DNA of 63,132 bases, filler included, from Octopus bimaculoides (Eukaryota), in NCBI RefSeq assembly GCF_001194135.2. It is 7 parts of 7 records of this genome, joined end to end, with 100 filler letters (N's around TTAATTAATTAA, not from the genome) between each part and the next. Parts side by side here need not be neighbours in the genome. Positions count along the whole stretch, not along the records: positions 23,820 to 28,152 come from NC_069005.1; positions 28,253 to 40,831 come from NC_068983.1; 5 more parts are not named here. One strand, given 5' to 3'. A program made the translations under genes and the position numbers. Shown piece after piece: positions 25,515-38,320 of this stretch; the stretch's first letter is position 1, and every line of letters begins with the position of its first letter. The notes under the pieces were generated by a model, which was given only the letters and a program-made list of their open reading frames with translations, was not told where the DNA came from and searched no databases.

Positions 25515-25722
25515 GACAGGGGGTTGTTTTTGTCCGCCACCACCACTTGACAACCGGTGTTATTTTGACAACCGTAAATTATCGAGTTGGTAAAAGAGAT
25601 CGATAGAATGGGTACCAGGCTTTAAAAAAGGTAAGTACCGGAGTCAATTTGTTCGATAACATCCTTCAAGGTGGTGCCCCAGCATGGCTGCGGTCCAATG
25701 ACTGAAACAAGTAACAGGTAAA
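25297..25722 (+). mobile_element. SINE family B, full length
   Basis: ggcgtggctgtgtggtaag head, internal CA/TA microsatellite, 3' ggtgccccagcatggctgcggtccaatgactgaaacaag. Confidence 0.85.
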
Positions 25723-25724
25723 GG

Positions 25725-26125
25725 ATATCAGCACAAGGGCTATTCGTGGAACATTCTCATCAAAACTTCAGCCGATAGCAAGCATAACAGGCCAGATATA
25801 GTTATTTGGGACTGGAGACAAATGTCACGTATTGTTAAAAAGGTTACCCGCCTTACAGATGCGAACACCTCTCCCAAATTTCACAATAAGGAGAATATTT
25901 ATAGATATCTACCCCGAAACCTGCAGATCCTATATCGTGATTATAAATTCGCATTTATAGCAATAGGTATTAGTGCGTTTAGGTATGTTAATAAATGTTT
26001 AAATAATAATCTGAAAAAGTTAAGGTTTTCGTGCAAAGACAAGAGACAGGCTAATACGAATTTTATAGATATGATCTGCAAATGGAACACTAAAATATGC
26101 AATACTTTTCTCATGAGATAATTAT
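25725..26125 (+). mobile_element. RLE-type LINE endonuclease/C-terminal relic
   Basis: KHNRPDIVIWD; KENIY..LPRNLQILYRDYKFAFIAIGISAFRYVNKCLNNNLKKLRFS...KICNTFL; (CATA)n begins at ~26237. Confidence 0.75.
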
Positions 26126-26449
26126 CATTGTTGTTGTTCAAATTCCATCGGTAGAGCTTTTGTTTCTTAGTTAGAAACCAGTTCCTTCCTTGTAGGAAGT
26201 ATACTAATGAAATGACAAAAATTTAAATCCATTTAGTATACATACATACATACATACATACATACGTACATACATATATATACATATGCATATATATACG
26301 TGCACACACACATACGTGCCCAAATTCATTCGTATATACGTACATATATGTATATACGCATACATGTACATTCGCCCATGTACACACATTCATACAAAGA
26401 TACATTCTTACACATATACATACACAGAAACACATATGAACACATGCAT

Positions 26450-26498
<49 letters not shown>

Positions 26499-26864
26499 TA
26501 CATACATGCAGCATGTATACATACATACATACATATTATACATACGTACATACATACATGCACGTATACATACATGCCTGTCACATGGTACATAATAGTC
26601 GTCTAATGAGACGGTCACATGCTATGTTCTAAATTCATGTCAGATGTGTAGAAATGAGACAGAGTAGCTTTAATGTCGAAAGGAAGAAATAAACGGAAGA
26701 ACTCAGGCAACCCAGAATATATTCGGAAGGATCTGGTCGTTGGAAAATATTTCCGCTTTATGCATTTATAGGACGTGTCCCTTCCTTGGGATTACTCTTA
26801 GAACTAAGGAGAATTCAGTTTCCTGTTATGGGAAAGTTTGAGAACAACAATTGTGACAACCACC

Positions 26865-26898
<34 letters not shown>

Positions 26899-27061
26899 TG
26901 GTCATCGTCGTCGTCGTCGTTATGTAGTTATGTTGTTGTTACTGCTTTTAGATCTAGGTTAAGTGGCCAAGTTGAAACTCCTTCATTTTTACCAGTACGT
27001 ATGTATGTATGTATGTATGTATGTATGTATGTATGCATGTATGTATGTATGTATAACATGG

Positions 27062-27355
27062 AAAACAAACTTCAACCAGCTATTCTGATTATATGTCTGT
27101 GCACACGTCTGAATGTGGTGTGTGCCAGAGGGCGTGCAAATCCAATGGGGGTCTTAAAAGACATGTTAGGATCCACAATGAGCAGAACTTACCTGCAGGT
27201 AATGGTAGTACAAATCAGAGGTGCAATTTGTGTGGGTGTTTTTTCAAAACATTGTCTGGTTTAAAAAGCCACATCAGACGCCATGAAGGGGCTAAGGTGT
27301 AGGTGCAGGAGGTGGTCAAACTCTGTGTAAGGAGTAGACAGCCACCACCACCACC
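27062..27355 (+). mobile_element. Two C2H2 zinc fingers, probably the 3' end of an RTE-type LINE ORF2
   Basis: CGVC-x12-HVRIH and CNLC-x12-HIRRH; no TGEKP linker; stop at 27302, ~40-nt UTR, (CAC)n tail; the upstream boundary is (TATG)n. Confidence 0.6.
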
Positions 27356-27500
27356 ATGTATGCATGTATTTATGTATGTATGTAGGTGTTCACTTCTGTT
27401 TTTAATTTAATTATTTAAATTCTTCCTCTGAGGAAGCTGATTTCTAAACAAAGTTACAAAGCTTCATCGTTGGAATGTAGGCAACAAAAACAATGTCAAG

Positions 27501-28005
27501 TTTTCTTCAGAGACGGCGTTTTGTTCAGCAGGTCAGCCAGACTCGGTTCTCACTAACTAACTTTGGCTTATGGAGTTCTTGTTTTTATAACTATCCAAAA
27601 CCAGCCAGAAGGATAGACATATTGTTGAGAACAGTAGATTTCGTTGGCAGTCTGTTATTGCTAGTCTCAGGTTTTGGTGGCCTAGAAGAGGTTAGAAGAG
27701 TCAAGTGGCAAAGACATTATTCTGCTTAGCGAAGGCATCTGGCAAATGTAACTGCTGTCACTCATAGAAAAACTATTGTTTTACCATATTAAAAAGTGAG
27801 TTAGTGAAAGTGAGTAGTGCACCGAAACAACTGCTTCGTTGGTGAGTTACCATAGTTGTCCCTTTGCGCCTTTTTCTTCAGAGACGGCGTTTTGCTCAGC
27901 CGGTCAGCCAGGCTCGGTTCTCACTCACTAACTTTGGCTTACGGATTTCTTGTTTTTATAACTATCCAAAACCAGCTTGAAGGATAGACATATTGTTGAG
28001 AACAG
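27501..28005 (+). repeat. 134-bp direct repeat x2 (27501-27634 and 27872-28005)
   Basis: ttttcttcagagacggcgttttg...gatagacatattgttgagaacag, near-identical copies. Confidence 0.9.
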
Positions 28006-28152
28006 GGAAAAAAGTCCTCAACGAAATCTTTTTGCAAACAATTGCACAAATCTGTCCAGATCAAGAGGCCTATCTGTCAGGGAAGGTACATTCTGACATG
28101 GAATAAACAAAATTTATAAATGTAAATACACCAGCATTGGTGGTCAAGCGAT

Positions 28153-28252
28153 NNNNNNNNNNNNNNNNNNNNNNNNNNNNNNNNNNNNNNNNNNNNTTAA
28201 TTAATTAANNNNNNNNNNNNNNNNNNNNNNNNNNNNNNNNNNNNNNNNNNNN
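28153..28252. other. Artificial scaffold-joining linker
   Basis: 44N-TTAATTAATTAA-44N. Confidence 0.97.
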
Positions 28253-28862
28253 TTCCCCACCTCCCAACACCATCACACCACACCACACTACACACTACCA
28301 TGCACACACCAGCACTGACCAATTACCATCCCCGCATTTTCACACCTACACATACACACATGTCAAGATACATATTATAATCGTTTCCATAAATCAACTA
28401 TCATAAACATTTTATACTATGATGTCACATTTTCTGTGTGTGTGTGTGTACCTTAATAGACATCAATCATGACGACACACACCTTCACTCACTCACTCTA
28501 TCTCTCTTTCTCACTCTCTCTCTCTTTCTCTCTCTCTCTCTCACACAGACAAGCATGCATGCACACACACACACACACGTCCATTTCATATAGACGTACA
28601 TACATCTTTCACTTTCTTTCTCTGACCTTTTTGCTTTCTCTTCTTTCAATTTCTGCTCTCTTCAATTAAATTTTTACGGAATGAGCAGGAGAAACACAAA
28701 ATGAGCCACCACAGCAGAATGGTCTGTCATTCTATTTGGTTAATTTATACTGCATACAAAAATAAAAACATACTACATACATACAACTGGTTACAAAAAT
28801 AGGGATTAATGTATAATTTCTCTCTATGTTCATAAATTTATGTTTACAGTATTGAAAAAAAT

Positions 28863-29515
28863 ATGCCACCAAAGAAAAGACATAATCTCTCCAGAAACAA
28901 ATATAAGGCAAAGAGGAATGTAGAAAACTGAAGGTGAGAGTCTGAAGAGAGAACGAGATGAGATTTTCTCAAAATCAGCAAATGCATGTTGCAACACTTA
29001 AAGCTGGATCATTAAATCAATGTTTTAATGATTAGGCAGATGTCCAATAGAATAGCTCTCAGAAACAGACTACGTACAAATTTGTTCTTCACAAATCCTG
29101 ATGTTGTTTTCAGATATGATCCATCCCATTCTTATAAAAATGATAGCTCTGTCCAAATTGGTGTGCTAAACACAAATTGTCATTTCTGTAGAGCTTTAAA
29201 ATTTTCAAATGAAACAAATGGTATGTGCTGCTCAGGCGGTCAGGTAACATTGCCAGCACTACCAGCTCCTTCTCAACCTCTTATGGATCTTCTAGAAGGT
29301 ATTTCCATCCAGTCAAAGGATTTTCTGAACAATATCAGATAATACAACTCTGCATTTCAAATGACATTGTTTGGTGCATCTAAGAAGATAGATAAACATG
29401 AATTTACGCCGACATCACCTCATTAGTTCCCTGTTACCCACAAATGAACAACCACAGTTCCTCCAAACTTACTTTATGAGGGATGTAGGACAACAAACCC
29501 GAAGGAGGTATTACA
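28863..29515 (+). mobile_element. Helitron Rep/helicase N-terminal relic (plus strand)
   Basis: MPPKKR start; YDP...CHFCRALKFSNETNGMCCSGGQVTLP...FLNNIR*YNSAFQM; FLQTYFM; stops and deletions. Confidence 0.85.
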
Positions 29516-29519
29516 ATTT

Positions 29520-31930
29520 CAGATGATGGGTCATGTTAGACATAGCACTGACTGCTGCAAAAGAGAGTATATCCACTGACTGCTTTTCAGTGTGTTCAAA
29601 AATCACATAACTCCTACCCCCAATTTTCCATGACAGGTTAGGGGAGTTTGAATTGAGAGTGAGCAGTGTGACCTAGTGTTGCAGCAATACCTGATGACGC
29701 TGTCACAATAGCTAGTTTGTTGTTTTTGCGCACATAAGACAGTAATATATTAAGAAGAAAAGTTTAGCCAATACCCCCAGGTGCATCAATAAATATCAAA
29801 CCACCTCCATTTCTATCAATTTTCTGTTGAACATTTTCAAAAATGATTCTCTGGTCATTATTTAGTATATGGATGTTAGCATTGAAAAATTCTTCTGCAT
29901 TTGGATCCATCTCATCTTCATGAAATAGAACATTATTCATTCTGAGACCATGCAGGGAGAATTTAAAATTATCTTTTCTGCTGGGTCCATGTATCATGTG
30001 TTTCTTCACCAAGGAATAAAGATGTGACATTAATGGGTTTTCGGGATTAGGAAGTTCAGCTGTAACAATTTTATCAATTTCTTGCCATGTGTTGTGATGA
30101 TTTTGTATTATGAATAAGAAATGGCAATGAGGTAATCCTCCTCTTTTTTGAAATTCCACTGTGTTCACAAAAGCAATAAGTTTCTCAAGGAAATAGTTAC
30201 TAATGCTTTAATTTAAATACTCTTGCAGTGATATCTGGTTGGTCAACTGCTGTCTGGCCCATAAATAAAGTACGTTTGCCAAGCTTTCTAACTATGGCCA
30301 TTGCATCCTGATAGTGTTTTGCCATATATCGTGGACTTCCTGTAATTGAACTTGGCAATATATATCTACAACCTGTACGATCGGTATCACCTACAAGTAT
30401 AGCATCTTGTAAGCCATTATATAAATCAGCTCTTAAGGTTGCTTGATTGTTACAAACATATCGTAGAGGGGCGGATTGTACTTTGGCAAATTGATCTACG
30501 CAGAATTGCTGAAACAAACGCTGACATAATTGCAATATATTTATAGATCCTGTTCTTTTCGCGATGCAATAACAATAAAATTGAACTATTGAAATTTGAC
30601 AGTTACCATTTTCATTCATCAATCTAAGGTGCCACCCATCTAGGCCAGAAAGAAAAACACACAGGTACATCACTGGGTCATATGATCGATGCGAGTGACT
30701 TAATATTTGTAAAGATTTTTGGTTTTTCTCTGCTCTGAATTTTGTTACGATCATTCATTCTAAACAATTTATTTCCTCATCAAGATTATTTGGTATAAGA
30801 ATAGCGAGCTCATTAGAAGTTGGTAGATTATATCTCCTGCAATGTTCCCCATAAGGTTTTTTTATCCACTTGTAAGCCAACTGACACATCTGCAGGATTA
30901 TTTCCAGTGTCAATTTGCTTCTGCATGGATAGAAAAGATTGTAAGTATTTCCAGCAGATATCATAGCAGAATGAATTTTTCAAAATATGTTTACATTGAA
31001 GGCTTGGTTTGCATTAAGAGGCATTTTTTCCATTCGTTTTCTTATTTGTTCTTCATGATCATAGAAATACATTTGTAAGCTAGACAGGACTGTTCTTATT
31101 TGGTTTCTAAGAGCTCCAATAAATCTATAAAGAATTCCATCTATTCTGTAATTTGTAATTCCTCTCAGTATTGAAGTGTCATCTACTTTCATAGAATACA
31201 TTGCCATTGCACTGTTGAACCTTCGAATATTATATTCGAAATATTTTACTTCAGGAGTATTAGAAAGAAAGAAATCACCAAGTTCGTTTGGTAACTCAGG
31301 GATATTTTCAATTTTTATCATTCCTGATTTACAGCATATACCAAAACTGGGAGTGTTCATTGTTCCTGCTGTATGCTTTCCAATAAACATCAAAGCATTG
31401 CAGTGGTGGCAATGCACTTCCATGAGGCTGCAACTATGCCGAGCAATGCTAATGGGAACCTGTAGAAGTCCATCTATATCATATTGTCGAACTTTATCAA
31501 GAGTCAGCCTATTATTGATTTGCCAACATCGTCTGTGTTGTGCTGCATTTTGTTCTAAAATCTGCTTATGTTGTTCATGTGACAGCTGTTGTCTTGCATT
31601 TCTATGCTGAGCAGCATTTTGTACTAAAATTTGTTCATGTTGTTCTTGTGACAGATGTTCCTTTGCATTTTGATACTGAGCAGCATTTTGTTCTAAACTC
31701 TGCTCATGTTGTTCTTGTGACAGTTTTCGTCTTGCATTTCTATGCTGAGCAGTATCTTGTTCTAAAATTTGCTTTCTTCGCTCTTGTGACTGCGCTAAAT
31801 GGACCTAACACAGTCTTTCTGTGTTCCTTTTACATTGCTCTTCCTTCTGTTCTAGAGTTTACCTCAATTTTCGTAATTGCTGACTTAAACATTTTGCAGT
31901 TCTTCTATAATTGAACCGTTCCTCTTCCAT
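29520..31930 (-). mobile_element. Helitron RepHel pseudogene with large internal deletions (minus strand)
   Basis: ATG at 31930, Q/E/H-rich repeats, CHHC...CC, NIRRFNSAMAM, HRSYDP.MY, RLFQQFCVD, LPSSITGSPRYM..YQDAMAIVRKLGK, Rep motif VEFQKRGGLPHCH, MIHGP, PIF1 motif I FIDAPGGIG*T, ASSGIAATL..TAHSQFKLP. Confidence 0.93.
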
Positions 31931-33004
31931 GGACAAATCTTAATTAAATATTTATTAATTAAATAGAATAGTATGAAAATAAAAACGTAATAGTGGGACA
32001 GGCGATTGTATTATGACAATATTAGCATCTTATTTACACAGCGTGAGGTTCAAAACAGTGAAAGAAGAAGGAAAAAAATTCAGTTTCATTTTGATGATAA
32101 ACGCTGTTTCATACATACAAACATTCATATACTTCCCTTTTACACGCACACGCACACACAGCAGCTTTCAGTATTCTCTTACACTTCCAGAGTACACATG
32201 CACACACAATCACATACATTCCTTTTACATATGCATATGTTCTCTCCCCCTCTCTCTTTGTGTCTCTCTGTCTCTCTTTCTCTCCCTCCCCTTCTCAACT
32301 CTACTCCTCTACTTCCCTCTCTATCTCTAACTCTACTATTGGTTTTTTCTCTCTTTATCACCCCTTCCTTCATTATTGATATGTTGTGACAGACTGACGC
32401 TCTTCCTCAGTATCTCTTTCTTTCTTTCTTTCTTTCACTCTCTCTCTATTTCATTCACCTTCTCTTTTCCTCTATCTAATTATGGATGGCTTCGGACAGA
32501 TGCGACTCTTATAAGATAGAAGATTATCATTATTATTATTATTTGCCATTTTACAGGGATGCCTGGATAATTGGAGAGGATTACCGTTATTTTGTGCCAT
32601 TTGAAAACAATGAATATTCTCTCAGTTTCTGATAATGGCATTTCTTTAAATACATAAAATAATATCCACAATAAAATTGTGAAGACAAAATATTAAAAAA
32701 AAAGGTATTTACAAGCAAAATTGTAACAAAATCAAAAGAAGAATAAAATGTTTATGTATCATTTAAAAGCGAAATGGACTTCTGAAATAATAGTTTTCAA
32801 GGATGAGAATTCAGTAGTTCAATCAATTGAACTATCTGCTCATTGAATTGATGTGTAATTGGCTGAACGCTACACAGGCAGAATCAGTGTGACACAATGT
32901 AACAAGGCTGGACAGTTAAATTATCGTACTGTAATCCATGTTATGCAATGGGGTCAAAAACTAACCTTGCACTGCAAACCAAACTTATTAATATATTCTT
33001 TCTT

Positions 33005-33200
33005 TCATCATTTTCTATGTTTCACTCATTTGACTGCAGCCATGATGGAGTACCACCTTGAAGGGTATTATCCAAACAAATTGACCCCAGGACTTTTTTT
33101 TTTAAGCCTAGTACTTATTCTATAGGTACTTTTGCTGAACTGCTGTTATGGGGACTTAAACACATCAGCTCTGGTTGTCAAGTGGTTATGGGGGATGCAA
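33005..33200 (-). mobile_element. SINE family B, 3' half
   Basis: catttgactgcagccatgatggagtacc...gaccccaggact...aagcctagtacttattc. Confidence 0.75.
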
Positions 33201-33504
33201 AGGCATGCACACATAGATATAGACCAAATCCTTTTGTATGTAAAGGATGCAGAGTGTAGCACCAATTACCAGCTGGTGAAGAATCTGCCTGGGGTTAAAC
33301 TAGTAGTAATATTCAAGTGACTTTGATGTAGTGGGGTGGAGGGTGCAAAAATGTAATATGAAGGTTAAAAAAATGGAACAGAATGTATTAGGTTAACACT
33401 CAGAAAATGGGGGAGAGTCTTACATTTTGGGTATACACTCGTCTTCTGAAAGAAAGGGAGGACAAGGAGAGAAAAAAAAGCAGAAGGAAAATAGGGAAAC
33501 GGAT

Positions 33505-33650
33505 TCCCAACTACATGGATCCAGGTTCAGTCCTACTGCATCACACCTTGGGCAACTGTCTTCTACTATAGCTTTGGACCAACCAAAGCCTTCTAAGTGG
33601 ATTTGGTAGATGAAAACCAAAAGAAGCCCGTCATGTACACATTCACACAC
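33505..33650 (-). mobile_element. SINE family B, 5' half
   Basis: Matches the 57850-57990 region. Confidence 0.6.
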
Positions 33651-33709
33651 ACACACATATATATATATAAGTAAATGTAGGGATAATCAAATTAGATCAA
33701 TATATAAAG

Positions 33710-34540
33710 TATACCGCCTGACTGGCCTTCATGCCGATGGCATGTAAAAGCACCCACTACACTCTCTGAGTGGTTGGCGTTTAGGAAGGGCATCCAGCTG
33801 TAGATACTCTGTCAAATGCTGTGTGTGAGAAAACCCAGCAAGCCAAGTGAGATCTAAATCTAAGGCCTCAGCCAGTCCACTTAGGCGTACCTTCCTTCAT
33901 TGGACACTAAACTCCACTTGCGAAGACCTGTTGAGGCAAGTGAAATCGAAATAGAGTTAAATTGGACACTAAACTCCACTTGCAAAGACCTGTTGAGGCA
34001 AGTGAAATCAAACTAAATTCGACGACTGGCACCCGTGCCAACGTCGTCTCCTTCATTAGACACGAAACTCAGCTTGCGAAGACTTATTGGGGCANNNNNN
34101 NNNNNNNNNNNNNNNNNNNNNNNNNNNNNNNNNNNNNNNNNNNNNNNNNNNNNNNNNNNNNNNNNNNNTGATGGCACCTGTGCCCAGCATCGCCTTTCTG
34201 GCACTTGTGCCTGCGGCATGTCTAAGGACTTTCGAGCGAGATCGTTGACAGTGCCCTTGGACTGGCTCTTGTGCGGGTGGCACATAAAATACACCATCTT
34301 GAGCGTGGCCGTTACCAGTACCGCCTGACTGGCCTTCGTGCTGGTGACACGTAAAAGCACCCACTACACTCTGAGTGGTTGGCGTTAGGAAGGGCATCCA
34401 GGCGTAGAAACTCTGCCAAATCAGATTGGAGCCTGGTGTAGCCATCTGGTTTCACCAGTCCTCAGTCAAATCGTCCAACCCATGCTAGCATGGAAAGCGG
34501 ACGTTAAACGACGACGATGATGATGATGATGATGATGATT
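33710..34540 (+). mobile_element. Non-autonomous repeat with RTE-like 3' end, internal ~62-bp tandem units and (GAT)n tail
   Basis: Two copies of ccgcctgactggcc...aggaagggcatccag.gtaga (33713, 34321); ggacactaaactccacttgc.aagacctgttgaggcaagtgaaatc at 33903 and 33965; tail at 34515-34538; same 3' end reversed at 57366-57475 and 62300-62408. Confidence 0.7.
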
Positions 34541-34693
34541 AAATGCATAAAATACAAAAAATGTATATATGTACACATATAAAAAGGTCCGACTTACACA
34601 GAGTACAAATAATATAGAAAATTAAAAGGGTGGAAGAAAAGTATTACAAATCCAACAACTGTTCGTGGGAAAATATTTGGATCTCATCTATGA

Positions 34694-34736
<43 letters not shown>

Positions 34737-34759
34737 ATATATATATGCATGTATGTATA

Positions 34760-34975
34760 TTTGTGTGTCTTTGTATCTGTATTTGTCACCCCACTATCGA
34801 TTGACAACCCATGTTGGTGTGTTTACCTCCCTGTAATGTAGCAGTTCAGCAACAGAGGCTGATAGAATAAGTACTAGGCCTACAAAGAATAAGTCCTGGG
34901 GGTAGATTTCTTCGGCTAAAACCCTTTAAGGTGGTGCTCCAGCATGGCCGCAGTCAAATGACTGAAATATGCATA
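34760..34975 (+). mobile_element. SINE family B, 3' half
   Basis: ttgacaacc...gaataagtactaggcctacaaagaataagtcctgggg...gcagtcaaatgactgaa. Confidence 0.8.
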
Positions 34976-35039
34976 AGAAATTAAAAAGGGAATACACACA
35001 CACCCACACACGATGCTTTTTTAGTCATTGAACGAATGA

Positions 35040-35195
35040 TCTGGCTTCTTTCAGTTTCTGTCTACCAAATCCATTCACAAGCCTTTGGTTGATCCAGTGC
35101 TATAGCAGAAGACACTTGCCCAAGGTGCCACATAGTGGGACTGATCCCAGAACTGTGAGCTTGGGAAACAAACTTCTTACTACACAACTATGCTG
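35040..35195 (-). mobile_element. SINE family B, 5' half
   Basis: ttctttcagtttctgtctaccaaatcc...cacttgcccaaggtgccac. Confidence 0.75.
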
Positions 35196-36885
35196 TATGT
35201 GAAATATACATACATCTATATGTGTATTAGGATATGTGTGTATGGGTTCACAAATACAAACACACATACGGATATTCACATGCATGTACATGAACTGAAC
35301 AATACCAGTTCATGTATTTATATATAATTATTGTTGTTTCTAGTGCTGTTACCATTCATTGTGCTATGCATATTGTGAAGCAGAAAGTAACAACAGCAAG
35401 TGCATTCTACTGTGATAACTGCACACTGCCAATATATTGTGCATATTTTCTGCACATAAATGAATAATAGCAGTTTTTTTGTAATTTCTGGTGAGGGTTT
35501 TTTTTTAGTTTTTTGTTGGTTTTTTTTTTTTGCCTTCTTTTCATAATTTGTAATTTTTTAACCAAAATTGTGCGCTTTATGTATGTTCTCTTTTTGATTA
35601 GATATATTTTTCAGTTTTTATTACCAGCCCACCTGCCTAGTGGCAAGTTATCAAAGAGGAATTATGCTAGGAATGAGAGAAAGAGAGAGACAATGAAAAG
35701 AAAGAGAGAGACAATAAAAAGAAAGAGAGAGGAGGAGAGAGGGAGATAGAGAAAGAAAAAAGGAACATATGAATGCCAGTATTTTTAAAATACTCTCAGG
35801 GCTTCTCAACATTTCATTCTTTCACTTTTATCTTTAATAAGGCTTTTTGGAAACTTTTATCATCTCTGCTGCAGTGCTGATTTGAAAGTCTGTATTTGTC
35901 TTGTAGTTGTTATTGTTGCTGTGGTTGTTGTTCATGTGGTTATTGTTGTTGTTGTTGTTGTTGTTGTCGTCATCGTCGTCATTCAGCTCCTCGTCAGGCC
36001 TGATCAATAAAAGATATGATCAAAGGCTTTCCAGTTGTGGCCATCTCATTACTTTCAGCCACTGTGCATCCATATTGTTTCCCTAATATGGAATTAATGG
36101 GAATTTTTTTTTTTTTTTGATAGTTGAGTGATAATTTAAAGGAGAGATTTAGTTGCTATTTCTAGCAAACTGCATAGAAGCAAGCTCCATCGTAGACTTG
36201 ACTGAAGTATTTAGATTTTGGTTGAAATGTTTTGGGTGAATGTTAGGANNNNNNNNNNNNNNNNNNNNNNNNNNNNNNNNNNNNNNNNNNNNNNNNNNNN
36301 NNNNNNNNNNNNNNNNNNNNNNNNNNNNNNNNNNNNNNNNNNNNNNNNNNNNNNNNNNNNNNNNNNNNNNNNNNNNNNNNNNNNNNNNNNNNNNNNNNNN
36401 NNNNNNNNNNNNNNNNNNNNNNNNNNNNNNNNNNNNNNNNNNNNNNNNNNNNNNNNNNNNNNNNNNNNNNNNNNNNNNNNNNNNNNNNNNNNNNNNNNNN
36501 NNNNNNNNNNNNNNNNNNNNNNNNNNNNNNNNNNNNNNNNNNNNNNNNNNNNNNNNNNNNNNNNNNNNNNNNNNNNNNNNNNNNNNNNNNNNNNNNNNNN
36601 NNNNNNNNNNNNNNNNNNNNNNNNNNNNNNNNNNNNNNNNNNNNNNNNNNNNNNNNNNNNNNNNNNNNNNNNNNNNNNNNNNNNNNNNNNNNNNNNNNNN
36701 NNNNNNNNNNNNNNNNNNNNNNNNNNNNNNNNNNNNNNNNNNNNNNNNNNNNNNNNNNNNNNNNNNNNNNNNNNNNNNNNNNNNNNNNNNNNNNNNNNNN
36801 NNNNNNNNNNNNNNNNNNNNNNNNNNNNNNNNNNNNNNNNNNNNNNNNNNNNNNNNNNNNNNNNNNNNNNNNNNNNNNNNNNNNN

Positions 36886-36934
<49 letters not shown>

Positions 36935-36959
36935 TGAAGTAAGGGAGACTAGAGGAAAA

Positions 36960-38320
36960 TAGGCAAAATAAGAATGCCTAATTTTTTTGCAGAATCTTTA
37001 TATTAGTGGTTCATTCTTCACTGTTCACTCAGGTTTTAGAAACTTTTACATTCCCCACTGTGGAGCTGATTTGAAGTTTGAGAATTATGTTGTTTACTTT
37101 CTTTGAGAACCCAAGTTCTGTCATGCTATGCATGTATACTTGTGTGTATGTTTGTCTCTTAATTCTTTGAAATCTTTCTATAATAAAGAAAGGGTTGTTT
37201 TCTATCAAAGAAACAAAGGCCCCTACCAATGGAATTTAAATAATAACATTGAAGAACTAGGTGTTGGAATTTTAGAAAAGTCTTACATATTTTCACTGTT
37301 CCACTCATAGATTGATTGAATATACAGAATACTAGTTAAACAATATTCTACTTTGCCAGACAGCACCAATTTCTCTGACTATTATTATGACAATTGGTAC
37401 TATAACCAATTGCATCAATGGTTTTTTGATATAAAATGTGAATTTATAATCTGCATAAAGAAACTGTTGGTAGACAATAAATGTTCTTTATCTCTGTAAC
37501 TAGATTGAAATATTCAAATATGATGGGCAGCTGACATCCACAAGGGTACCTAATTTCTCTCTCTCTCTCTCTCTCTGATGTCAGATTACTTTTAATGCTA
37601 ATGGTAACATAACCCAATGTAAACCATTGCATGGTTGGGTCATCGGCAAGTAAGCCTGCTTGGTAAGGTAGGTGGTTTTCATTGGATATCCTGCAGGATA
37701 AAAATCAAAATCTTTCAAAGGACAGATGAACGAAATAGAGTGAATGGCCAACCAACAGATGGGAGTGAGAGACCTAGTCTTTGTTTAGACATCTCTCTAG
37801 AAATGGGAGTATCTGAAAGGACACCCATCTCATTGCGAAGCTAGAGATCTCGCTCTTGCTTGTTTCTGGAATACTTGGCATTATAGGCAAGAGTCTTAGT
37901 GGTGTTGTGCAAACTGTTACTGACTTTAAATTTCTGCACAAGCATTGCCGACAGCCATTGTCTTTAACATCTGGGATAAAATAATTTGTCAGTGATGGTC
38001 ATACTCGTCTATGTGTTGAGAGCCACCGTGTACCATATTTTCTGGCATTCAAGTCAACGTAGTACGTTGTGTAAACATGTGGTGTAAACATTCAAACATC
38101 GTTTCTATCTTTCTAAATTCTGCTATACTTCACATGGAATTTTTGGTCTTCCAAAGTCGTCTTGGTATACAAGTTGACCTACTGTTTTTGGCTGTAAACT
38201 TTGGTCAGCAAAATTCAATTTGTACACCAGAAAATACAGTGTTACTCATTGTTACCTTTTCAAATCCCAAATATTCTCTAACACCAACTCTTCCTCCCAT
38301 CATTCCACCAATATGACAAG
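36960..38320 (-). mobile_element. Highly degenerate RLE-type LINE relic
   Basis: C-terminus ELGFSKKVNNIILKLQISSTVGNVKVSKT* resembles LGFSK..KLILRLQIQAITGTVAICKTF at 41384-41500; upstream frames are coding-like but not confidently assigned. Confidence 0.45.

Noticed and set aside
27380-27480. Hammerhead-like reading of the repeat shared with 20440-20570
   Set aside because: Core and helix II too degenerate in both copies to support the fold
31540-31914. Plus-strand 124-aa repetitive ORF
   Set aside because: Antisense shadow of the Helitron N-terminal repeat on the minus strand
35513-35749. ORF with hydrophobic start and basic tail
   Set aside because: Produced by a T-rich tract followed by a GA-rich tract
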